From contig OZ365118.1 of the NCBI GenBank assembly GCA_977030845.1, forward strand, positions 3,224,001 through 3,288,000: a DNA stretch of 64,000 nt. The letters run 5' to 3'. The DNA comes from Fimbriosthenelais zetlandica. Lineage: Eukaryota. The notes under the pieces are model-generated. The model saw only the letters and a list, made by a program, of their open reading frames with translations, had not been told where the DNA came from and made no database searches. The stretch's first letter is position 1. Each line of letters starts with the position of its first letter. The translations under genes and the position numbers were made by a program. Positions 39,901-51,410 of the stretch are shown here, piece after piece.

Positions 39901-42900
39901 TACAGAGAGTGAGATATGATCCCAGGTGTACGTGTCAATAATATGACAGAGAGGAATCTGGTGAGGCGAGTCAAGGAGGCCATGTCTCATGGTGAATTAA
40001 CAGGGGGCATGGATAAGGCAAGAGGAAGGCAGGAAAAGAGAGCCTACAGATAAAGATATCTACAAGTGGGAGGGATGGTGGAAGAGTTAAAATATGAAAA
40101 TAAATATAGCTATATTGATAAGGTTGTCATGATGGGTCCGGGAGTCGGTCTTGATGAGGCCCTCTCACTGCGTTCTCCCCCCCTCCCTTATCTCCCGTGG
40201 GAGCGGGTACTTCCACCTGTGGGAGCGATCACATTCCGCTCCCATCCTACCCGCGCATGCGCTCTGAGCTCCCGCCAGGCCCGGGAGGGAGCATTAAATG
40301 TATGACAGCTCGCTCGTCCAGGGAGCGGTTCTTTTATTAGTTGTCAGGCTTCATGAGTCAAAATCACACCAGTGACTAGGAATAGTTCCCGAGTCAAGAT
40401 TTTATCCACTTATCCCATTGCTCGCCATAAAGGATTTAATGGGAGGTAAATGGACATCATTTTATGTGGAGAAAAACTTTGAGTTTAATGGGTTCTGAAG
40501 TGGCGGAAAATGGAAAAGCAATAGAAAACAAGTAGCTTCATATCCCACATCTATAGGCCTGACTGAGATTTAAACTAGAAGTCCTTGTAAAACGACATGC
40601 CAGTGTGTATTCATACAGTTTGTGAATGTTATAAAACTGGGTGGGACATTGATAGCAGAGCTGTCATTGAAACATCTCACTTTTTATGATGTTTATCGGC
40701 TGAACTTTTTTCTAAAACTACTTGTGCTCTTTACCACAAAATGCCTCCTTTTTCTACAAATATATCCAATCTTTTGCACTGCATCAGAAACGAAAATTCT
40801 GGGAAAGTTCCCTATTGAGAGGATTGTAAAAGGAGGAGGTGATGTATTGAATATGAAAGCATTAGCCTCTACCTTTCATCCATTCACCAGTGTCCTGTTC
40901 CACCGAGCTAAGCCTATCAGGGCTCCTCTTACACAGGCGTGTCTACATGACTAAATACAGCCAGGTATTCGCTCCATGTGGCCCCATGTCAGATTAAAAC
41001 ACTGTGTACATACGGAGCTTATGAACTCTCAGTCCATCATGACAATGTTAAATGACACCACGGCTCAACATACCTAATCACAAACTGATAACATCACTAA
41101 ATATTTCAAACATTTCACCGCAAACATCTCATTTTCCACTGATTGGAAATTTAATGAATATTCATGAAGCAAATGAGTGATCATCATGCATATTCATGAG
41201 GGATCGAGGGGTCGGTTTGAGGCCTCATTAATAAGCTGTTCCTATTGTGAAGCAGAGCCGTTACTTCATGTAACACATGTAAATATAAATCAGTAAGCAT
41301 GTGAACCAGATACCCCAAACATGAGAGAGAACACAAACACCCACACCCTGCCTCTACCCCATCCCATCTCAACGTCCTTGTCTCACTAAATTACTGTGTA
41401 TCGCATGGAGGAATCGCGCGACCGCTGGGATATCGCCCGCCCCTCAAAGTGTCCAGACTGTGCATCTCACATGCTTGGTGGCAGCTCTAATGAAGCGATC
41501 TTTCTCTATTAAGAGCGACACATGTCCCCAGCGCCCAGGCTTGTTTGCTTTTCAACACCCGATCCCGACCCCCGCCCCGGGTCGAAGCCCATTTCTGCTT
41601 GTTTTTCCCCTTGAAGCCGAACCAGATACATGGAAGGGGAAAAAGGGTTGAGTGGATTGACTGGAGGGAGGGAGACAGGGAAGACTGCTGCACCCCCAGG
41701 GCTTCCCTTTCCTCCTCCTTCAGCGCCACTTCACCCATAAACGTTTGGAGTGTAAAGGGGAACAGCTTGAGCTACAGAAACTTCTTTGTCTTGAAGTGGC
41801 AAGCGCTCTTTTCCTTCAGAATGGTGAGCAGCTCTGCCGGATGAGTGAGCGCTACAGGGATATGGCGAGCCACTCATGTAAAAGACAGGAATGATCAAAG
41901 ATTTGCGGCCGACCTAAATCTGCCCCCGTGTCAAGCTCAGCTCGAGCAGTGGCTATAGGATAGGACACCTGCTGCTTTATACAGCCCCTCCCACCCAACT
42001 TACTCCCCTAAATCAACTATAGAAAACTTCATTCCATACTCTTTAAGCATTTTCACAGTGATATGGGTGGCATGTATTTTGACTATTGCATCTTTTGAAT
42101 GAGGCTATAATTTGCAGGCCTGGGAGTAGCAGCAGGTGATTTTGAACTTGGTAATAGTTATCACCAAGTATGGACCATCATTCCACCAATGTTTGGTGCT
42201 CTAGCTTTAATATTTCTCATGTTCTGTACATTGAGTATAATTGATAGTGACATGGGTCTGTATGTGACAGGGTGAGTGGGGTAACACATGGGACATTCCC
42301 ATACCTGCAGCTTGCCATTACAATCTCTCCCATTGTAATGGTAGCATTCCCACATGTCATTATTCATGATCTGCTAACAGAAAGTTCCTTTCGTCATTGA
42401 ACAAGTTTTAATTTTCCCAATAACCCAAATTAATGTTCGGTGGGTTGATTTGCATTTGCACTTGTTTGGCTTGTCAGACTGTTTGGGAACATGGTCCATT
42501 ACGACACCCCGCGCACGAATGACGGCAGTGAGATATTGTTGTCATAGCGAGGCAGTCATGGGTGGAGCTGACACCTAGTGAGCGTCAGAGAGTTATATTT
42601 CATAATCCAGACTTCCATGTTAAATAGATCCCTCGTGTTGAGGGAGCCAGTCTAATCTGCTTAAGCTACCATTTAAACTGAGCCCCAGACGCGACCCGTC
42701 AATAAACGGATCGAGGAAAAGAGCAGCAGATTCCACTGGGTATGATGGAAAAATGAACAGCATCAGAATTACATAAACTTACTTACACCTCAGGGAAAGA
42801 TCCACATACTTGGTCTGATACATTATTTAAAGTTCCCATTAACTTTGAGGAAGCGAGAAAATGTCTTTGGTACCGCGGAAAAAATGGTACAAAAACTAGT

Positions 42901-45900
42901 GGGATCATTTAGAAGGCAAGGTTTGGGTAATATGAATTAAATAGTGGCCATATCCCGAGCTTATCTTCCTGACCGTATTCATTGTTCATGGCATACAGAG
43001 CCCAAAATTGAGTTCTCAGATTGAAAGTTGGATCTCAAAGTGTGACATTTCATTCCAAATAGCTGGAGTCATCCCGAGGGGGTTTGAAAATGGACGAGAA
43101 GATTGGCAATCTGTGTGAATGGAAGTCCGCTCTACCACCCCAGCCCTCCCCCGACCTCCCCTCATTCAACACCCCAGACTTTGTTTATGAAAAGTCGACT
43201 CCTTTTAACAAGTTTGAGCTGAAATTTGAGTTGAGATTTTGTTGATGGGGCGCTGGGCCTGGGGTGAAGTGATGAGAAGTCAAGCAGAAGTGGAGAGTTT
43301 GAGGAGTGTAGAATTAGACGAGTCCCGTACCCAGCTGTGTGCTTGGCTGCTCACCCCGCTTCCTCATTCAACAGCTCTTTCTCCATTCAAATGCATTTTC
43401 ATGCTCACTTCCAGTGAAAGTATCCAATTATCAAAGATTTTATTAAACTTTCCACCTATATTGATGAGATATTTTGTGAATGAATCTGGTGTCTAATACA
43501 GAAATGTCAACCAAGTTCATTGGAATTTTAAATGAATCTGGTTTTTCAGTTTGGGGCAATTTGGGGCCATTTTCTGCCCAATGGGCAATACAATAGCCAT
43601 TTTCTGTCCGATACTGAATAGGCAATACAGAAGTCTCCGCCAAGACTAGGGTAAATTCTTGAGGGAGGGTGGTGGCCGGTCCTTCAGTGGGTGTTTTTAC
43701 CCCAGGCATTTCACCCCATAGTTGTTGGAGGACCTCATCAAAGTAGGATGAAAGCTGTGAAGTCTGGAGCTGACCGCCATGGGTGGACATGTTACATCCA
43801 TGTGCTTCATGTCACCTGTAGTCAGGGCTGGGTGTAGTGACAGGGGTGGGCCCCGGGCTACCTGCCCGTCCGCCCCGCGTGGGAGGTCGGGCAGAGGTAA
43901 ATTCTAAACCACCACCAAGGAATAGCCATCATGGGAGGCTGGGAAAAACATCATTTTTGTATCCATAGATGGTGTTAAGTAACAGAAAATTAACAATTCA
44001 TCATAAAAGGTGATAGAAATTATCCAGGATCTAGTGCTGGATTACCCAGACTAATTGAAATTGTGTAGAGGGAGGATTATAAAAAATATGTATTGAATGA
44101 GAAAATCAAAGCTTGATAAACAAATCGCTTTAAGAAATTGCAATGAAATTGTTTAGAAAGAACTGCACGCGTCTTGAGCAAATGAAGCTCGTTTGCTGTC
44201 ATAATATGTGAAAGCTTTTAGACCTTTACATGAAAAGACAATTCATCATGCTCTATTCCCTCCAACAGAGATATTTCAGTAGAGAAAAAAAACTTTAACC
44301 AAATGCCACTGCTGCTTCCAGCCGGCTCCCTCCAGACTTCACTTACAAATCTCTTCAGAGATTCATACTTCTCCCCCGCGACCAGCCTCCAGCCAGCCCC
44401 ATACACAGGTATTATAGAAGGCCAAGCACTGACCATCGGTCACTCCCAGGTCAGCCTACATGATCTGGACACTACCAGGCTTTGTAATCAGACTTGACCA
44501 CTCAAGTAGTACTTATATGGGTGGGAATAGACTGGTTCCATTCCCTATATCAATACATTTATTTATAAACAAATGCATGGGAATCCATTGGTATTGGGGC
44601 TACATTGGATTGTTAAATGTAGGCCTAAACCCGAACAATTCCAGGTTTAAAATCATTAATTAAAAGGAAGCATCGCTGGTCAAGCCACAGTGACCTTTAG
44701 CTTTAAGATGAAGTGACTGGGGCAGGTTTACGGGGTAAAGGTTGGGGGATGATAAGTGGACATTGACTCGTCCACAAGTCGCCATGCCCCAGGCAGGTCT
44801 GTCTGTTCTCTAATCAAGCGTATAAGGAGGAGGTAGAGGTAGGCGGTCATCTAATTAGTCAATATAATGAAGGCCCACCTGAGGCGGCAGGTAGACGAGT
44901 CACACAGGTGGGCATTTCATAAAGGTGAGTGGGAGGATGCGCGGGCTGGAGGGACGCGCGTTAATTTATGAAACCCACACACCTGTCATGATGCTTCACT
45001 CACACACAATGTGGATGTGATGAAATGTGTGCGTTCATCTGAATAGAACCTGAAGTGGTATCATTGCTCCGAGTAGGCACCACACACACACACAAGTCCC
45101 TCTCATTTCCCTTATATATTTCACAAACACCTGGAAACTTTGTACATGTAATAACAATTTAGAAAGATAATCTCTCGATTAAAATCTCATCTTAGGTAAG
45201 ATTGTACGTATGTCCCTAAAGAATTTAAAGCTGCTTATTACCCGTTAATGATTTCTCTCTAACTGAATTCCCCAGTGGAGGAGGAGCTGGCAGGAAGTCC
45301 CATTCACTGCCTCTCAACCGGTCATCATATAAACTGACGCACTCACTCGAGTGTTTGTTAATTTCTCTTGGACTGGTTTGAAGTCAGAACAGGTGCTGAT
45401 ATAGACACTCCTTTCTGCTCGAGTGTTTTCTAAATATGCTCCATTATTAGCTTCACATATCCCGTATTCAAGTTATGAAAGGGTGAGGAATTTAATTACA
45501 ACTATCACGTTTCCCTGTCCTGGAACAACTTGATTTTAATTAAAATTCGAAAGGTTAACTAAATTAACTTCTTAACCAGGAGTACAGCTGCTTCCAGGTT
45601 ATTAATTTAATTCCAAATATTTTAATTTCTTTTAAATGTTTACTTTAAATTTCAACTTGGTGAAGAGTAACTTGAGGCAGAAATAGAAAACATGGCTACC
45701 GCTTGTAAATGCGAGATAGGAGCTTGTCATTGTAGCCGGGGATAAATAACATCCACGGCTGCACCGCAATTTATGGTCAACAGATCTGCACCGAGCAAGT
45801 GAAAGGAATACCCAGGTCCTTTTTGCCTCTCATGTTGAAAGGAAGTAGAAGTGGAGAAAATAAATCTTAATTATCTCTAGCTTTTCTTATCATGGCCATT

Positions 45901-47886
45901 CATTCAACCCATCCGTCTCATGCATATGAGAGAAGGGAAGGAAGGACGTATGGTGGGATGTTTGTGTAGTGGGATTTTATAAGGGAGGAGGAGAGTGGGA
46001 GGGAAATGAGATGGGTAGGGAAGATGGAGGGAGACTGAGAGTGTGGTCCTCAGCTATTGTCTATAGCGGGGATACCAGTGTAAAGGGAGGGCTATATTGT
46101 GAATCAGAAACCCTCCGTGTAATACGTTAGATCATTCTCAGCCCTGGATTTACATTTGAATATCAAACCTTAATGTAAATAGACCAGGTGGAGACCATGC
46201 GATGCCGGAGGCTGGCTGGATACCCTACACTCGTCTTTGTGTAATCTCTTATCTAACCTCACTATCTGAATTACAAATGATTTACAAACATGGTGGCTTT
46301 TGAATTTAGTGAATACGGCTAATGATGAAGCTGAGAAGGCGCTGGTTTACCCATTCCCGATCCAGATCCGCTCAGACCTGCCTCCATGCTTGAATAACAA
46401 TTGCCCTGACAGCACTGAATGCATTCTGCTCGCAGGACCAATGCTCTGTCAGGAATAGATTCCAGGGGAGGTCGATTATCTTTTTTCCGACAATTTGTAA
46501 TGACACTGGGGGCAGTCGGTCCATGCCAGACTGGCAGAATCAAGGAAGGCAATGACAAATTCAATATTTGCAGGTGGGGCGTGAATTTGAAGCTTAATTG
46601 ATCCCCCACTAGGACTATGTGGGCTTCTTACTTGCCATGCCGCAGAGCTGATTGTTTTCTATGGGAAGCGACAGTTAGCCTTTCACTCGAGGGAGGGAAT
46701 AAGCCCTACTAAGAGATTGAGATGACTTCATGAATTTCATTCGTGATTGGCTTGGTTTCAGAGGAGCAATAAAATTACAAAATGTCACAGCTATGGGGCT
46801 TTCACTCCGAGATCCAATTTTCAACATGAATTCACAGAGCGGCCACAGCCCACCAACATCCCATTATTTCTTTATTTGCAGGACAATAAAATAACCCATA
46901 TAAGCTGCAAAGCACCAAAAGAGCAAAAAAATAAAAATACTCATCGGGGTATCAAACTAATCCAATGGATGACAAATATAGGGCAGTAAAACCTAGCTTA
47001 GATTGTCCTAATTAAAACTGGCATCTCAGTTCCCTACTAAGTAGTGAGTGTCTCAAAATAAATGTGGTTTTAAATTGGGATTCAATAGGGAAATAATAGG
47101 CATTGAGGTGTGTATATTGTGGTGGTTTTTAGAGTGATGGATGCCTCACCAACACCTCAGTGCTCATTAGAGTACCACCATTGTCCATCTCACTCCTCTA
47201 TACCTTACCTTCACCTTTAACTTAAAGCCAGTCCCCGGCCACAGGCACGCTCACCATTACCTGTTCGTGAGGCAAACAATTAATTAGGCAGGCGGACAGG
47301 CGGAGTGACCACTCGGGACATTGCCATGTCTGGCTTGACCATTGTAGGCTGTCCCCTGACCAGACAGTGGGTGGTCAGTGAAAGGGAAGTGCTCCGGTCA
47401 GAGGGCAGAGTAAGATTAAGAACAGATGCAGACCCTCGGGAATTCCATAACCTTCTCCTGGTATAGGTTTCATTATACTAGACTGATGGCTTGTGGTCAG
47501 AGTGGACAAAATAGAAGAAAAACTCCACTGATTTGATTAAGTAAAACAGTATCATCTGAATTGAATGTATACTCTTTTCTAAGGCAGATTAACAACTGTA
47601 TCTTCCCACGCTGCTATCATGGCCGATCTATATATAGCACCAAATGTCATTTGTCACACATCTTAAAAGGGAACCCAATACAACCTCTTAAAGGACAGTG
47701 CTCCTTTTCAGAATCCACTTCAAACCCTTTGGGAAAATAAACCAAAAATTTCACATATTCTGCTTGTTTTCACGGGTGAACGTTTAAATAAAACAAACCC
47801 CCATCCCTTCACACACACGGCGGGGGATGAGAGAGCGATGAGTCGGGTTGCGCTCCAGTATAAGTAAATATTATATAGGATCTTAC

Positions 47887-50604
47887 CTGAAGGCCTTGTT
47901 GTCTTAAGTTGGTCCGTTTACTAGGTTTCCTCTCGGGTGCTGAGATAAGAATTTTGACATCTTCCTGTGATTTGACACACGCGGAGTTCTCCAGCCCTCC
48001 GTTGGGCACCTTACTGAACATGGTCAGTTGATCGTTAGAGGTTGGCGTCTGCGCCAGCCTTTTTTGCTTGGCCTTTTGTTTCCTCTCCCTGCGCGAGGAA
48101 TCCTGTCTGCGTATACAGACAATGGCTAATATTAGAATGACCACAACCAAGCCCGACACACAGGCCAAGGAAATGACAATGGTAAAGTTCTGGCCCACCA
48201 TCAGAGGCGATTCCTTATCGGGATAACCTATAGATTTATTGACCACTATATTCAGATTGGTCACTGAAGTTTGTACAGGGATTCCACCGTCTTTAGCTGT
48301 GATCTCAAAGTTAAACATTTTATAGGAGATAGCATAGAGATCAGCGTTGACCATCACACTGCCCGTATGGGTATTAATCATAAAGTACCCCTCACCGTTT
48401 CCCCCAGTGAAGGTATAAGTGACATTGCTGTTCTTGCCGATGTCTAGATCATAGGCCCTAACCCGAGTCACCCTATAACCTATAGGTGACTGATTAGAGA
48501 TCTGCACGGTGTTGTTGAACTGTGTGGGGTAGGTGAAGATGGGGGCGTTATCATTCTTGTCAGCTACATAGACAGACGCGGTGACAGTGCTTGTCATCGG
48601 GGGCGACCCCTTGTCCATGGCCATCACTATGAGGTGGTACACACCTTGCTTTTCACGGTCTAGCGTCGTACGTGTTGTGATCTTTCCTGTTCGACTGTTG
48701 ATAGCAAAGAAATCCTCTGACCTTTCATGAGGGAGAAAAGCCAGCTCAAATTGATTATAAGGCTCGCTGTCAGCGTCCACGGCATGTACGATTCCCACCT
48801 CCGAGTTGGGAGATTCATTCTCATACACGCCGAAGGAATAAGAGGGTTGGGAGAATTTGGGCACTTCGTCGTTGACGTCGTTTATGGTGACGACAACGAG
48901 GACGGAACTTGACCTTGGTGGTTCCCCGCTGTCCACAGCAACGACCTTGAATCGTATCTGCTGCGTCTGTTCGTGATCAAACACCACCCTGGTGGTGATG
49001 ATACCAGACGTGGGATCCACATTAAACAGACTCCGGACTGACTCCTCCAGACTGTAGGCCACAGCGGCGTTCACTCCATCATCACGGTCCGTCGCGTTCA
49101 CCTGAGTTATAAACGTCCCCACCAGGTTATTCTCTATGACGTTAGCAGCGTAACTCTTCTGATTAAACACGGGCGAGTTATCATTGACGTCAGTCACCTT
49201 GACTGTTAAGTGTTTGATGGACACTTGTGGATCATCCCCACTGTCTGTACACGTCAAGGCCAGGTTATACTGGCTCCTCGTCTCTCTGTCTAACAAAGCT
49301 TGTGTTATAATCTTATATTCACTCTGGTAAAGCTGCTGAAGTAAAAAATGGCTATCGTTGAGCGTACAGTTGAAGAGTCCATTCTTCCCACTGTCGGGAT
49401 CAGTCACGGTCACATGAGCCACGAACGTCTCCAGCGCCGCATCCTCGCTGATATCCGCCGTGTCCGTACCGGAAGCGGACAACGTGTTGACCTTGATCTC
49501 CGGGGCGTGGTCGTTGACGTCCTTGACGCGTACAATGACGGTAGTGTCTGACGTCCGCGCATCCGGTCCTTGATCATGCGCAGTGACAAATAAGTGGAAT
49601 ACAGATCCGACCTCAAAGTCCACAGTTCCCTTTATATAGAGGTCTCCACTCTCCTCGTCTATACCAAATAAATGATGGTAACTGTTGACTGTTTGGGGTG
49701 AGAAGCCGTACACTACCTGGCCGTAATCTCCCTTATCAGGATCGCTAGCATGTACTGTCAATATAATCGTCTGTATAGGCACATTTTCATAGATAGTCAC
49801 TGTATAAGTTTCATTATCAAAGATAGGATCGTTATCATTAGCGTCCACCACCCGGACTATAACATCAATGGAGCCAGTCTTGCCCCCGCCATCTTTCGCC
49901 ACTACTTTCATCCTGTATTGATCTTTGATTTCACGGTCCAGTGCACTTTTGAGGATGAGTCTCACTTCTATAGAACCATCAAGTTTCTCTCTTAACTCCA
50001 GCTCAAAGGGTGACTGCTCGCCTTGGAGCACATAATCCCTGATGCTATACTGGGTGCTGTCGGGGTCGGTGGCGGTGGGAACTACAATGCTCGTCCCCAG
50101 AGTGGCTGATTCCAGAATGTCCTGGGATATGGACGCCTCAGGAAACTCCGGCCAGTTATCATTCAGATCGGTGATAACAATCCTTACTTTGATCACATCT
50201 AAAAAGGTCATAGTTGAAGGTATTAAGGCCACCACATCTAACATGTACTCACAGACATCCAGTCTGGGACACTCCTCATCTCTGTCTATCTTCTCCCCTG
50301 TCTTTAATATACCCGTCTCTTCCTCTAATCTGAATGTTACTTTAGGTGGGGAGAGGAAGCGAAATTTCACTTTTTGTAAATCTGAGCTGCGATGCCTACC
50401 CTCCATTTGACCGTCTCTGTAGAGGTTAGCTATGAAGGAGCCCTCCTCCAGCTCCTCTGATATGTCGTACGACAACTGTTGAGGTCGCTCCTGGGTGTTG
50501 ACCAGGAGCACCTGGAGGAGTAGGAGGCAGGTAGGGAGGTAAAACCTGAAGGGAACCATGGTGACGGGAACCCTCAGGGCTGACAGAGGCATCTGTGGCT
50601 GCAT
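47887..50604 (-). CDS. Pcdh: Protocadherin (delta1-like, 7 EC repeats), large coding exon 1: signal peptide + EC1-EC7 + TM + juxtamembrane tail
   Basis: Part of the 931-aa ORF. Six DxNDN/DxND-PxF linkers (DLNDNWPEF, DANDNDPIF, DVNDHAPEI, DVNDNSPVF, DVNDEVPKF, DKNDNAPIF), DRE/DFE/DHE and DxD Ca-binding motifs, the protocadherin EC1 motif DRDEEC-x5-C, a hydrophobic signal peptide (FYLPTCLLLLQVLLV) and a TM segment (FTIVISLACVSGLVVVILILAIVCI) followed by RRQD. Phase-0 donor CAG|GTAAGA at 47887/47886 (2718 nt = 906 codons). The best Kozak context is the third ATG at 50559 (ACCATGG), so the true start may be there. The specific orthologue cannot be assigned without a search. Confidence 0.97.
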
Positions 50605-50758
50605 GGGCTTAATAAAGTATCCACTCCCGTGAAGGAAAAAAGGCTGCGGTGACGAAAAAGTGTGGGTATATAAATTAAAGACAGTGTAGACCCTTTATAA
50701 AACACCATGCGGGTCTAGCACTGTCACACTACGAGAATCATACCAGCGAAAAGCTTAC

Positions 50759-51017
50759 AAATCCAACTCTGACCGGCCTAGTGTGATAAAGGTGACTATT
50801 GGTATGGATGTGTATTGACATCACTGGGAGGTTTTCTCTTATTCCACCAATGTTAAAACATCACTGTCTAACTCCTGCTTCCTCTCGCTGTATAATATTC
50901 ACATATATAAGTCCATAGTTTAATCCTCGGGTATTTTTAAGGTAAATCCAAGCTCAGCAGGTGCAGCTTTAAGTGTAAGTCAGTGCGACTTATGTGATCC
51001 GTTCCTGGTTAGTGGAC
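50759..51017 (-). other. Putative 5'-leader exon of the protocadherin
   Basis: Strong acceptor with branch-point word: TTTTTCTCTAACACTTTCTCTTTCCATTCCAG| at 51018. Candidate donor TTT|GTAAGC at 50758, which would pair with acceptor CTTTTTCGTCACCGCAG| at 50644 (115-nt intron). The upstream donor CAT|GTGAGT at 51153 would give a 136-nt intron. Confidence 0.5.
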
Positions 51018-51229
51018 CTGGAATGGAAAGAGAAAGTGTTAGAGAAAAATACACTGACAAAGTTCTGATACCATTTAAAGCTGGAATAGGTCCAGAGAAG
51101 TCATGAAGACAGAGTCATCCTGCACGCATGACACACTTGTATTAGTAACTCACATGTTGTGTATTGTAAAGGTATTCCATGCCTGCTTCTAACATTCACG
51201 TGTATTCTCTACCGCGCCTACACACTCTC

Positions 51230-51410
51230 TCCTCTTCCACCAATTCAATCACCCCAACTTACTCTATAATTTCCACCCCTCACCCTTTGAAGTTGGCCAG
51301 CCTTTTCCCTGCTAGTCCCTGATTGGTCCCTTCAACATGGGACTGCTGCCCATAGCCAACCAGGCCCGCTAGGGTGGGTGGAGCCTAGGGCATGATTGAC
51401 AGGCAGAATG
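51230..51410 (-). promoter_or_regulatory. Candidate proximal promoter of the protocadherin
   Basis: NF-Y-type GACCAATCAGG on the minus strand (ATTGG 51322-51326), a second CCAAT at 51240-51244, a GC-box-like GGGTGGGTGGAG, and an exact PBX/PREP decamer TGATTGACAG at 51393-51402, all just upstream of the 51153 donor. The TSS is not determinable from sequence. Confidence 0.4.

Noticed and set aside
48727-50410. Antisense and alternative-frame ORFs of 61-122 aa over the large exon
   Set aside because: Shadow ORFs caused by the codon structure of the protocadherin CDS; no recognisable motifs.
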